55,269 nucleotides of DNA from Nanobdellota archaeon (lineage in GTDB: Archaea; Nanobdellota; Nanobdellia; Woesearchaeales; GW2011-AR9). The position numbers and the translations under genes were made by a program. The DNA lies in NCBI GenBank assembly GCA_038045005.1, contig JBBSYZ010000015.1:1-55269 (forward strand), given 5' to 3'. Below the pieces are notes generated by a model. It was not told the origin of the DNA and made no database searches. It was given only the letters and a program-made list of their open reading frames with translations. Positions 45,001 to 52,592 of the stretch are shown one piece after another. Within the stretch, counting starts at the first letter, position 1. Each line of letters opens with the position of its first letter.

Positions 45001-45206
45001 AGGATATCGGTAGCTACCTGCGTCCAGAACGAAGGCACTTCCACGTCATTCATCTGGAATACTGCCGAACCGTCCGGATTGCGGATAGCGGAAGTTCGTT
45101 TTTCATAGTTGCACATGTCGAAGGGGCTGATACTTTCTTTAGTGAAATATCGCTTAATCTGAAGCCCTTTTTGTTCCGTCAATGTGCTTAAGTATTCCCG
45201 GTCCAT
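42006..45206 (-). CDS. nrdJ: Class II ribonucleotide reductase, long form with C-terminal Cys-rich tail
   Basis: 1066 aa. Motifs are ACFIQS, GSGTGSNFSNLRGKG, TNPCSEYVFLDDTACNL (thiyl Cys plus Cys at +11) and ALYRDGCK. The tail is CKGCGATQLRRNGTCMLCEVCGDTTGCS. Confidence 0.85.
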   Translation of the reverse strand: MDREYLSTLTEQKGLQIKRYFTKESISPFDMCNYEKRTSAIRNPDGSAVFQMNDVEVPSFWTQVATDILAQKYFRKAGVPLRSEDGELLLDENGKIITGSETSIKQVAHRIAGCWKHWGEHYGYFSSSQDATVFYEEMVFMIIHQYAAPNSPQWFTTGLNWAYGLTGPAQGHSFVDPITKKLEFSKDAYTRSQPHACFIQSITDDLVRPSGIFSLLTREARIFKYGSGTGSNFSNLRGKGERLSGGGQSSGLMSFLKIFDVAAGSVKSGGTTRRAAKMVCLDLDHPEIEDFVWWKTREEEKVASLVAGSKTLNEKLSKLIESAKNKEKPLEHQEVQSAMKEAADNKIPLNYIVRAIDLAKQGYDLPLKEFDTHYESDAYLTVSGQNSNNSVRIPNTFFEVLENKGMWELKGRITGEVMKILPAEKLWDDIGYCAWASADPGVQFDTTMNEWHTCPAGGRLRATNPCSEYVFLDDTACNLASINLVRLYDEEKGEFDVQGYRHVIHLWTIALEISVLMAHFPSEEIAKKSFEYRTIGLGFANLGTLLMLQGIPYDSDKSHAIAGTMAAIMTGQSYATSAELASILGAFERYPENKESMLRVIRNHRRAAYDTDDYEGLSIRPKAINQNLCPTELLDAVHDCWDKALELGEQFGYRNAQVTVLAPTGTIGLVMDCDTTGVEPDYALVKYKKLAGGGFFKIVNNSVPKALHKLGYSEKQIKEIIAYCLGRGNFEGSPAINKESLLQKGFTSKALEKVEKELRNTMDIEQLFSRWALGEELYAKLMDGKEGKMLNTLGFSQEQIDLANRYICGTMTLEGAPHLRVEHYEIFDCANKCGKKGRRYIHPYGHLKMLAAVQPFISGAISKTINMPQEWTVAQIKKAYYDAWTMMIKAVALYRDGCKLSQPLNTTLEQHPEMKKMLEETTASQNYKVKEIIRKKVKVGPQMLTLSAVMRDNKVGEISYKFEGLSPAQETMMRAVLNLVNLGLQNGFTPSLIAEKSLNVKGHPLISELRMFLQEFDEEEISAVETVVSENAVEGKQSCKGCGATQLRRNGTCMLCEVCGDTTGCS

Positions 45207-45455
45207 CTGCCACCCTTTTTTAATTAAATATTTTGATTAAATATAGCTACTCCTACGTTTCTTTCTTTCGTCTTCCGTTAATGCGGGCAATAAAATCAGG
45301 TGCTTACTGCCGCCCCCTATTTACAATCAAGTCGTTTCCACCAGTCTTTGACTGGTGGCGCACTCGTAAGTCAAAATGCACAGTTCCCTCGACTACAGCG
45401 AGTGACCAGAGCATTTTGACATAGCAAACCACTTAACTACATAAAGATTTGTTTT

Positions 45456-45576
45456 CACTCGAAAGGAAAACTATCCTTTCGGTGTGCAAGAAATGAGACA
45501 AATATCTCATTTCTGCACTGAAAATAAGTATTCTCTTATTTTCATGTGCCGGAAAAGTAGTTTCTTTTCCCAGCAC
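45456..45576. repeat. Four-hairpin nested repeat in the long nrdJ upstream region
   Basis: The outer unit is CACTCGAAAGGA-AAACTA-TCCTTTCGGTG ... CCGGAAAAG-TAGTTT-CTTTTCCCAG. It is split by the 60-nt mini-element at 45487-45546. Confidence 0.75.
45487..45546 (+). mobile_element. 60-nt tandem-hairpin mini-element, copy E
   Basis: Sequence CAAGAAATGAGA-CAAATA-TCTCATTTCTG-CAC-TGAAAATAAG-TATTCT-CTTATTTTCATG, flanked by TG on both sides. Confidence 0.7.
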
Positions 45577-45872
45577 TTTATTGCGTAGTTATGTTTCTTC
45601 TTGTAGTGGTTACTTTTCTTCACTCTTTTTGTGATGGTTTGAAATGAAAGTTACCCCTTTAAATAGTTTTTAGTTTTGGGAAATATATATCCTTCAGCTT
45701 CGTTCGTTTGTTTTTGAGTATTGATTAAAATGTGTGAGAAGTGATGGAAATTATGCGTTCGAATATTCCATTTTCTAAAGGTTTTTTTTCATTTAGAAGA
45801 ATTTTCAATCAAAGCAAAAACGGCTGATATCAGCCGTAAATAATAAATATATCCCTATAATAATGCCCCATC

Positions 45873-46262
45873 ATGCCTGCAAAAATAACTCCGGAAGAAT
45901 GTAAAAATCTCTGTAAAGATTGCACCACCTGTTGCGACTATGCTACTATAAAAATCCCCCCTCCTCAAACAAAAGAGGATATTGACGAAATACGCTGGTT
46001 ATTACTCCATAAGATTACTATTTTCACAGAATATAACAAATGTTGGTATATAAAAATCTACAATAAATGCATCGCCTCAGGCCAAAATGGCCTTTGTACT
46101 ATCTACTCGACTAGGCCGGAGATCTGTAGAAATTACTCCCATAACGCCTGTGAACGATATAAAGGCCGTGAATATGTAAAAGAGACCAACATCTTTAATA
46201 CCGAAGCAGAATTTTTAGAATTTGTTAATAAAAATCCAAAGTTAAGAAAAATAAACGCCTAA
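45873..46262 (+). CDS. YkgJ-family CxxCxxCC cysteine-cluster protein
   Basis: 129 aa. Motifs CKDCTTCC, then C..Y and C...CRNY. Confidence 0.6.
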   Translation: MPAKITPEECKNLCKDCTTCCDYATIKIPPPQTKEDIDEIRWLLLHKITIFTEYNKCWYIKIYNKCIASGQNGLCTIYSTRPEICRNYSHNACERYKGREYVKETNIFNTEAEFLEFVNKNPKLRKINA

Positions 46263-46350
46263 CCCTCCATTAAGATTTTTCCGTTAAATTCGGCTAATGT
46301 TAGCCCAGCAAATATTAATATTTATATAACCTCAATGTTTATCAATTCAA

Positions 46351-47553
46351 ATGAACCATATAGTAATTGAAAAAAAAATAAATGGCAAGACCGTTAGATG
46401 TATTTTTATCTTCAAAAAATATTCTGAGCGAGATTTCAAATCGGATTTTGAAGAATTTGTCCAGCTTCAAACCGGAAAAAAGAAAATAGGGGATTTTGTC
46501 GAATTTCATAAGTACAACTTAACTGAATTTACTGAGATCCCTTACAGTTATTTCATCGAATACGGGACAAAATTATTCAGTGAAACCATGTTCAATTTAC
46601 TTGAGCAAAGGCCGGATTTCATTCTCTCTGACGAGTTAAATATACAAATATTCTTCCGTAGCATAAAAGATCTGGACTATTATTTTGCAACGGTAGATAA
46701 ATCAATTAACGCTGAGAATGCTTGCTTTATTGCCGCAGGTACGTGGTTTTTATTCAATATTGTTGCCCCTTATTTTTACTTTAAAAAATTTGAATTTAGT
46801 ATAGTCATAAGGTATTTTCTTCATGAGTTAACACATTATGTTGATATGGTTCAAAAGAACTTGAGTTGGGATATAAACCGGAATTATGAAACTAAAATCA
46901 GAAATATTGTTGGGAGGAAAAGTGCTTATGGTATCAATTATCTATATAATTCTTTATTTAATCTACGGGAAGAGGGTCTTGCAGACTTTATTGCCAGATG
47001 TGAATCGCCAGAGATGGATATCAGTGGAGATGCAATGAAGGCATATAACTCTAATCTCAGAAAATTAGCATTTATGAGGTATAAGAAAGATGCCTCAAAA
47101 TTCTATTTTGATAAGATTAGCCATGGTAATCTAACTCCTACCGGCGAATATTCTACTGGAAGAAATATGTGCCTTATTGTCGCCATGTCCATTTCAAAAG
47201 AAATTAAATCTCCATTCACTGTTAGAGTTAATAAAGAAAAATTTTTTGGATATAATTTTAATGATTTTGATCATTACTTATCCAAAGGGGTTACCATCTA
47301 TGTTTCCGGTATCCATAAAGACATTATAGCTAGGACAATAGCGCTGATGAGACCAACTAATCATTATTATTTCTTGAAAGTTTATGAAAAAGCATGCGAT
47401 GTTATGGGCATATCCGATAAAAATAGGGCAATGACCCAAAGACGGTTTTTTAGATTAGTACAAGAAGCTAAAGAAATAAGTAAGTCTCAGAATAAGAGAT
47501 TGATAGAGAAAGGTGGTTTTGTATACGTACAATCAGACCTACCATTATCCTAA
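46351..47553 (+). CDS. Hypothetical protein with HExxH motif (putative metalloprotease)
   Basis: 400 aa. The only recognisable motif is FLHELTHYVD. AT-rich gene. Confidence 0.35.
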   Translation: MNHIVIEKKINGKTVRCIFIFKKYSERDFKSDFEEFVQLQTGKKKIGDFVEFHKYNLTEFTEIPYSYFIEYGTKLFSETMFNLLEQRPDFILSDELNIQIFFRSIKDLDYYFATVDKSINAENACFIAAGTWFLFNIVAPYFYFKKFEFSIVIRYFLHELTHYVDMVQKNLSWDINRNYETKIRNIVGRKSAYGINYLYNSLFNLREEGLADFIARCESPEMDISGDAMKAYNSNLRKLAFMRYKKDASKFYFDKISHGNLTPTGEYSTGRNMCLIVAMSISKEIKSPFTVRVNKEKFFGYNFNDFDHYLSKGVTIYVSGIHKDIIARTIALMRPTNHYYFLKVYEKACDVMGISDKNRAMTQRRFFRLVQEAKEISKSQNKRLIEKGGFVYVQSDLPLS

Positions 47554-47626
47554 TTATTTATTTGGCCGGTAGTGGTCGGTTTTTCTTGAAGTTAATTTTA
47601 AATACCTGTCTTTTTTTCTAGGCTGT

Positions 47627-48133
47627 ATGATTTTAGAAAGCCTCTACTTTTTCCTCCCGGGATATGTCGCTAACATGGCCCCGGTATTATTACGCCGCAT
47701 CCCTTTCGGTTCGAAGCCGATCCATGCTAAATTATTCGGAAGCCATAAGACCTGGAGAGGATTGGCTGCCGCAACATTAGCCGGCGGACTGGTTTTTTGG
47801 CTGCAGAAAGGATTGTTCGCAGCCGGTTTTGAAAATTTTGCCTTGATCGATTATGCTGATTTTCCGGTGTGGTTTGGATTTCTGCAGGGCGCCGGGGCAA
47901 TTTTGGGCGATCTGGTAAAAAGTTACTACAAGCGGAAATCGGGGATCAAGCCGGGAGAACCCTGGCTGTTCTGGGATCAGATCGATTTTGTTATCGGAGG
48001 CATCGTGCTGGGGTTTTTGTGGTACGTCCCCCCGGCCATGACAGTTTTGGTCTTAATCCTGCTGAGCCCGGTCTTACATGTATTGGCAAATAATATTGGG
48101 TATTGGTTAAAGATTAAAGAAACAAGGTTCTGA
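47627..48133 (+). CDS. carS: CDP-archaeol synthase
   Basis: 168 aa with about 5 TMs. Motifs LPGYVANMAPVLL, HKTWRG and GDLVKSYYKRKSGIKPGEPWLFWDQIDFVIGG. Confidence 0.8.
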   Translation: MILESLYFFLPGYVANMAPVLLRRIPFGSKPIHAKLFGSHKTWRGLAAATLAGGLVFWLQKGLFAAGFENFALIDYADFPVWFGFLQGAGAILGDLVKSYYKRKSGIKPGEPWLFWDQIDFVIGGIVLGFLWYVPPAMTVLVLILLSPVLHVLANNIGYWLKIKETRF

Positions 48134-48361
48134 TCACAGGCCGATATTACCGGTGGCTAAATCCATTAAGATGCATTCTAATTCATAGGTATTCCCGTTC
48201 TTGCAGAAATCATGCGGACTTTTTCCGAGGGCTTTGTTATTAGAATCATAAAACCAATCTACCAGCTCATCTTTTTTAGGAAAATAAGCGTCTAAAACTT
48301 TGCTGAGATCAGGCCCGGCAATCCGGTACACCTCTTGCAATCTTTGATCGGCGTTGTCCAT
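48134..48361 (-). CDS. Stand-alone DUF2384 (Xre/MbcA/ParS antitoxin C-terminal) domain protein
   Basis: 75 aa. LVDWFYDSNNKALGKSPHDFCKNGNTYELECILMDLATGNIG fits the W..pn.aLgg.sP ... G pattern. Confidence 0.55.
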   Translation of the reverse strand: MDNADQRLQEVYRIAGPDLSKVLDAYFPKKDELVDWFYDSNNKALGKSPHDFCKNGNTYELECILMDLATGNIGL

Positions 48362-48385
48362 GGTTTAGTAAAATCAAGCCCTTAT

Positions 48386-48955
48386 TTAATATTTACTATT
48401 TTTATTCTTATTTAGGTACCACTGCAGCTGCCGTGCTAATGAATAGAGTGAAACTCCTCCGGCGACCAAATATCCTGCTGTAAGAAGTATTTTAGTGAAA
48501 GGGAATAAAGGATTGGTCGCAACAAGCAATACTGCTAAAGAAGCCGTCCTCATAAAAAACATGGGCGCCTGCAGTCCGGAACGCAGGTTTATCGCCAGCG
48601 CGGTCAAAAATAATCCGGCGGCTATGAAAGGATAAAAGTCCTGCACATAAAATCCCACTTTGATCAATGCTAAAAAGGTGACTATGCTGTCTGACAGCAG
48701 GTCAAAATATTTCCCGTATCGGGTCGGCCTGTGCAGCCTGGCCACTACTCCGTCAAGAGCATCACCGGTGAGATGGAGTGCCGCGAAGAGCGCAAACAGA
48801 TAATAATTTTCAAAAAGGAAATACATGGCTGAGATGCCGGAGATAAAGGATAACGCGGTGATGTGGTTGGCGGTGATTCCTGCTCCGGCCAACGATCTGC
48901 CGACCCTTTCCAGCTTTTTGCTTCTGTAAGCCCTGAAATTTTCTATGAGGTTCAT
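48386..48955 (-). CDS. CDP-alcohol phosphatidyltransferase (archaetidyl-serine/inositol/glycerol-phosphate synthase class)
   Basis: Motif GDALDGVVARLHRPTRYGKYFDLLSDS (D-G-x2-A-R-x8-G-x3-D-x3-D) with multiple TMs. Confidence 0.8.
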   Translation of the reverse strand: MNLIENFRAYRSKKLERVGRSLAGAGITANHITALSFISGISAMYFLFENYYLFALFAALHLTGDALDGVVARLHRPTRYGKYFDLLSDSIVTFLALIKVGFYVQDFYPFIAAGLFLTALAINLRSGLQAPMFFMRTASLAVLLVATNPLFPFTKILLTAGYLVAGGVSLYSLARQLQWYLNKNKNSKY

Positions 48956-49431
48956 CTTGAGACCAATATTTTTGTAAATTTTTCTTGATATCCTTTGATT
49001 CTGTCTTGATTTAAGTTATCTATAAAATGCAACAGCTGGGAATTGAATTCTTCGGCGATCCAGAACATCTCTGAAACTTCTGTTTTGGTGACACTAAAAT
49101 CGATGTAATACTGTTTATCTATGCGTTCTTTTTTAGCGGCGGCTATTTTTTCATTATCAATACCAAATATTTCTTTTAAGAGCATTATCGCTCCGGCGTG
49201 ATTTTCACATTTAATCCCGGTCTTGAATAGAAGCGCCAACAAGCTATAATACATTGAATAATAGGTTAGCGCTACAGAATCTTTGAGATTATTGATCTGA
49301 AATAATGCTTTCGCAGAGCGAAGCGACTCTTCAGAACGCTGTAAGTACGCAGTCTTTATTTCTTCGCTCGGCTCTACCGCCTGAATTTTCTTTTCTTTCT
49401 TTAATCTAAGCAAAAAACTGTTTTTTTTCAT
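48952..49431 (-). CDS. HEPN-domain protein (toxin partner of the MNT)
   Basis: All-helical, with SLRSAKALFQ...DSVALTYYSMYYSLLALLFKTGIKCENHAGAIMLL. Start MKKNSFLL at 49431 overlaps the end of the MNT gene. Confidence 0.6.
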   Translation of the reverse strand: MKKNSFLLRLKKEKKIQAVEPSEEIKTAYLQRSEESLRSAKALFQINNLKDSVALTYYSMYYSLLALLFKTGIKCENHAGAIMLLKEIFGIDNEKIAAAKKERIDKQYYIDFSVTKTEVSEMFWIAEEFNSQLLHFIDNLNQDRIKGYQEKFTKILVSR

Positions 49432-49954
49432 AATATAGTTCAATCCCCTTGATGATGGCATGATTCTTCTCAATTTCTTTTATGAGCAGGCTGTCCGGAT
49501 CATATTTTCCGATCTTCACGCTGGCTTTAGTATTCAGTTGTTCTATTTCCTTTTTAAGTTCTTGGTTGGTAGTCTCGATATAAATGTCTATGTCGCTGTC
49601 CTTATGCGCCAATCCTTTGGCGTATGATCCGAAGAGCACCGCCAGCTTGATCTTAGGTTCGGCTTTTATTTTTAGTATGATGTTCCTCAGCAGCGGATAT
49701 TCTTTGGCTGTCTGTATAAGCTTGTAATGTTCGGCGATAAAGGCGCTTTCCTGCGCTTCCAGCGTTTTTTTTAAGAAATAAATCTTGTTCCGCCCTTCCT
49801 GCCGGTAATCGACTATGTTGTCCCGTTCCAATTCTTTTATTTTTCTGGAACTCATCATCTGGTTAGTTTTCAGTTTTTTAGCCAACCCCCGGATATGGTT
49901 GGCTGCTTTTAGCAGATCCAGGATTATTTCCTTATTGTAATCTTTTTGTGACAT
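49406..49954 (-). CDS. Minimal nucleotidyltransferase (MNT) with N-terminal wHTH
   Basis: LAVLFGSYAKGLAHKDSDIDIYIET (G-S-x10-D-x-D), preceded by a wHTH-like ANHIRGLAKKLKTNQMMSSRKIKELERDNIV. Start MSQKDYNK at 49954. Confidence 0.75.
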   Translation of the reverse strand: MSQKDYNKEIILDLLKAANHIRGLAKKLKTNQMMSSRKIKELERDNIVDYRQEGRNKIYFLKKTLEAQESAFIAEHYKLIQTAKEYPLLRNIILKIKAEPKIKLAVLFGSYAKGLAHKDSDIDIYIETTNQELKKEIEQLNTKASVKIGKYDPDSLLIKEIEKNHAIIKGIELYYEKKQFFA

Positions 49955-49976
49955 GTGTAACACTTTTGTTAAAGAA

Positions 49977-49988
49977 TATATAAATGTT
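49977..49988 (-). promoter_or_regulatory. Candidate TATA box (AACATTTATATA) for the MNT/HEPN operon
   Basis: Exact motif on the minus strand, ending 22 nt upstream of the ATG at 49954. Confidence 0.5.
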
Positions 49989-50032
49989 TGGGTTTGTAAG
50001 CCCATTCTCCAAACATTTATTTGTTCACAGCA

Positions 50033-50044
50033 ACATATATAAAA
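50033..50044 (+). promoter_or_regulatory. Candidate TATA box for dph2
   Basis: ACATATATAAAA lies about 23 nt upstream of the ATG at 50068. Confidence 0.4.
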
Positions 50045-50067
50045 TACACCTATAAAAACCTTACTGC

Positions 50068-50340
50068 ATGAAACTATATGATCCAGAAGTTGAAAAAGCT
50101 GTCGCCAAGATCAAGGAAGCCAAAGCTAAGACCGTCTGCATCCAGCTGCCGGACGGCATGAAACCTGCTGCGAAAGAGATTGCCGATAAGATCGAAGCGG
50201 GAACCGGCGCTAAAGTATTGATCTGGCTGGGCAGCAATTTCGGCGCCTGCGACATACCTTTTGGATTGGACCGGATGGGCGTAGAAATGCTTATCAGCTG
50301 GGGCCATAACCGGTTTCATAAGAAAGCAGGTGGATGGTAA
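50068..50340 (+). CDS. dph2: Diphthamide synthase Dph2, N-terminal domain fragment
   Basis: 90 aa. AKTVCIQLPDGMKPAAKEIADKIE...SNFGACD...MLISWGH matches Dph2 domain 1, including the first cluster Cys. Confidence 0.7.
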   Translation: MKLYDPEVEKAVAKIKEAKAKTVCIQLPDGMKPAAKEIADKIEAGTGAKVLIWLGSNFGACDIPFGLDRMGVEMLISWGHNRFHKKAGGW

Positions 50341-50381
50341 GATGTGGTCGGCAGGCAGCATCGCGGGTGGAGCATAAAAAC

Positions 50382-51128
50382 ATGAAGATTTTACTCCTAG
50401 ACGCGCCGTATTCAGGTTCGGTTGAACTGTGCAAGGAAACTATCGCTTATCTGAAAAAAAAGAAATATCAAAAAGTCGCCTTGTACGCTTCCGTGCAGTT
50501 TGTGAACAAATTAGATGCGGTAAAAAAACAGTTGGCCGATAATAAATTTACTGCCATCACTTCTCTGGCAGATAGAGCTGATGTGAAAGGGCAGCTGTTA
50601 GGCTGCGATAATTATCATGATTCCCTGCACCTTGAAAAGCATGATTTTGACTGCTATCTATACATCGGCGATGGGAAATTCCATCCCTTAGCCTTGGTCT
50701 ATGCACAGAAAGGCCGGCCGGAAGCGAAAGAAGTGGTCTGCGATGATCCGCTGGCGAAAAAGATGTCGCTGATAACCATCGATGATATTAAAGCCATCCT
50801 TAGGAAATACCGCGCTTCGCTGATGAAGTTTCTCGCGGCTAAAACCGTGGGAGTGATAATCACCATCAAGCCGGGCCAGGAGCAGTTCCGGCCGGCAGCG
50901 GATTTAGAAAAGCGGTTTCCTGAAAAAAATTTTTACTATTTTATAGACAACGTGGTTTCATTTGATCAGCTGGAAAATTTCAATTTCATCGAGGTCTGGG
51001 TAAATACTGCCTGTCCGAGAGTCGGATTTGATGACCAAGAGAAATTCTGGGGGGGAGTCATCAACCTGAACGATGCTTTTCTGGCTGAAGAAACGCTGGG
51101 CAAAGAAAGCGTGATGAACAAGATTTAG
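50382..51128 (+). CDS. dph2: Diphthamide synthase Dph2, domains 2-3 fragment
   Basis: MKILLLDAPYSGSV...GQLLGCDNY...YIGDGKFHPLAL...VWVNTACPRV. GGTGGAG Shine-Dalgarno site 8-14 nt upstream of ATG 50382. The track start at 50334 is an alternative. Confidence 0.7.
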   Translation: MKILLLDAPYSGSVELCKETIAYLKKKKYQKVALYASVQFVNKLDAVKKQLADNKFTAITSLADRADVKGQLLGCDNYHDSLHLEKHDFDCYLYIGDGKFHPLALVYAQKGRPEAKEVVCDDPLAKKMSLITIDDIKAILRKYRASLMKFLAAKTVGVIITIKPGQEQFRPAADLEKRFPEKNFYYFIDNVVSFDQLENFNFIEVWVNTACPRVGFDDQEKFWGGVINLNDAFLAEETLGKESVMNKI

Positions 51129-51159
51129 GTTTCATCGGTTTTAGCGTTTGTCCGGCGCA

Positions 51160-52383
51160 TCAGACATACAGGTGCTCAAACCGGTCATTTCTCCGCAATC
51201 TTATCTGCGGGTTATATCCGTTCATCTTGTCGCCGGTAAATACAAATTCCTGCACCCGCAGATTGTCAAACATATAATATTTGTAATGCGTGTCGTACAA
51301 GTCTTCCACAAAATAGGTGCCTTTTTTCAGCTTATCGACCAGCAGCACGAACAATGCGGAGAAGACGCCGATGGACGCCTGCAGGTAGGTAGCATTAGTC
51401 CCTATGACCGAAATGTTCGGGACAGTATTAAAATAGTATACTTTTTTGTTTTTATACCGCAGCAGCACCCCGATGTTTTCAGAACCATCTAATATATTGG
51501 TTAAATTATCTGCCGCATCTAACTGCTGTTGATTTACATCTTTTTCTTTCCGGTAAATCTTGGAGAGGGCGTCCATAGTTTTCATATGTATCGCATATAA
51601 AAATTTGGAAGGTATATCGTATTTGCGGGCGATAGTAAGATTCTCTTCATGCAGCACTAATGCTCCAAGGGGATATTCCTTCAATTTCAAGATCGGCTTT
51701 AAGACCGGCCGCATATCTTCCGTGTTGCTGATAGCGTTTGGGAGCAGCAATTTTACTTTATCTTTGCCCAGCACCCTGCCGCCGGGATCGTATACATCCT
51801 CAACTAAAAATTCATGGGCTGACCAAGTGATCATGGCTTTCCATTTTCTGGCAATCATCGAAGTGTCGTACTCAAAATGGACTATCTCTCTGGGGATGCC
51901 ATGTTTTTCGATGCCGTAACGGACGAACATATTGACATTTCCCGGGTTCATCCCCGCGCAAAGAATGTTTCTGGCGTTATTCCATCTATGTTTTTTGGAA
52001 AATATCTCTGAGATGAGGTTAGATATGGTTTTCTTGTTGTCGTTGATAGCGGTGTTGATGTAATCAACTCCGGCCTCGTTGGAAGCTTCGATCAAGGGAA
52101 TCGAGTCTGCATCAGTAAGATCAACGATTATATTTATGCGGTATTTTTTCAGTATGGACCGATATTCTTTTTTGCCGGAGGGTAATTTGATCTCCCGGTT
52201 AAGAAACACATAATCAAGATATTTGTGGTCAATATACGGGTTATCGGCCAATTTTTTGTTTTTATCCAGTAATACTAGTTTGTTGAATAAGTCCCGGTGA
52301 TGCACTAGATTATGGAGGAAAGCATTCGCCAATCCTCCCGATGCTCCTAAAACCAACAGGTTCGGTTTTGTTTTTCGACTCAT
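51160..52383 (-). CDS. Saccharopine dehydrogenase-family NAD(P) oxidoreductase (homospermidine synthase-like)
   Basis: Rossmann start LLVLGASGGLANAF and CAGMNPGNVNMFV...ITWSAHEFLVE. Start MSRKTKPN at 52383. Confidence 0.5.
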   Translation of the reverse strand: MSRKTKPNLLVLGASGGLANAFLHNLVHHRDLFNKLVLLDKNKKLADNPYIDHKYLDYVFLNREIKLPSGKKEYRSILKKYRINIIVDLTDADSIPLIEASNEAGVDYINTAINDNKKTISNLISEIFSKKHRWNNARNILCAGMNPGNVNMFVRYGIEKHGIPREIVHFEYDTSMIARKWKAMITWSAHEFLVEDVYDPGGRVLGKDKVKLLLPNAISNTEDMRPVLKPILKLKEYPLGALVLHEENLTIARKYDIPSKFLYAIHMKTMDALSKIYRKEKDVNQQQLDAADNLTNILDGSENIGVLLRYKNKKVYYFNTVPNISVIGTNATYLQASIGVFSALFVLLVDKLKKGTYFVEDLYDTHYKYYMFDNLRVQEFVFTGDKMNGYNPQIRLRRNDRFEHLYV

Positions 52384-52592
52384 TTTTTCCCTTTTTTGAT
52401 ATTTCTTTGAGATATATTCTCTAAAAATATAAATTCTTTGGTTTTCATCGCAGCTCTTGCAGGCCATTTTTCCGTCGTCAGAAAAGAAAGTTTTAAATAC
52501 TAACGTGATATTCTTTTTCTCAAGAAACCGAAATTTTTTTCGTGTTTTTGCCAAAATAAGAAATTATAAAACAAAAGAGGTGGGTTTATACA

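Noticed and set aside
42006-45206. Intein as an explanation for the 1066-aa length of the long NrdJ.
   Set aside because: No intein splice-junction or endonuclease blocks were seen. The extra length is spread as N-terminal, internal and C-terminal extensions typical of long-form class II reductases, including the Cys-rich tail.
45338-45420. Adenosylcobalamin riboswitch upstream of the long nrdJ.
   Set aside because: Only fragments resemble the consensus (AGGGAA, and GCCACCAG versus GCCACUG). The characteristic multi-helix junction could not be reconstructed by eye. It is reported as an unresolved leader structure, not as a riboswitch.
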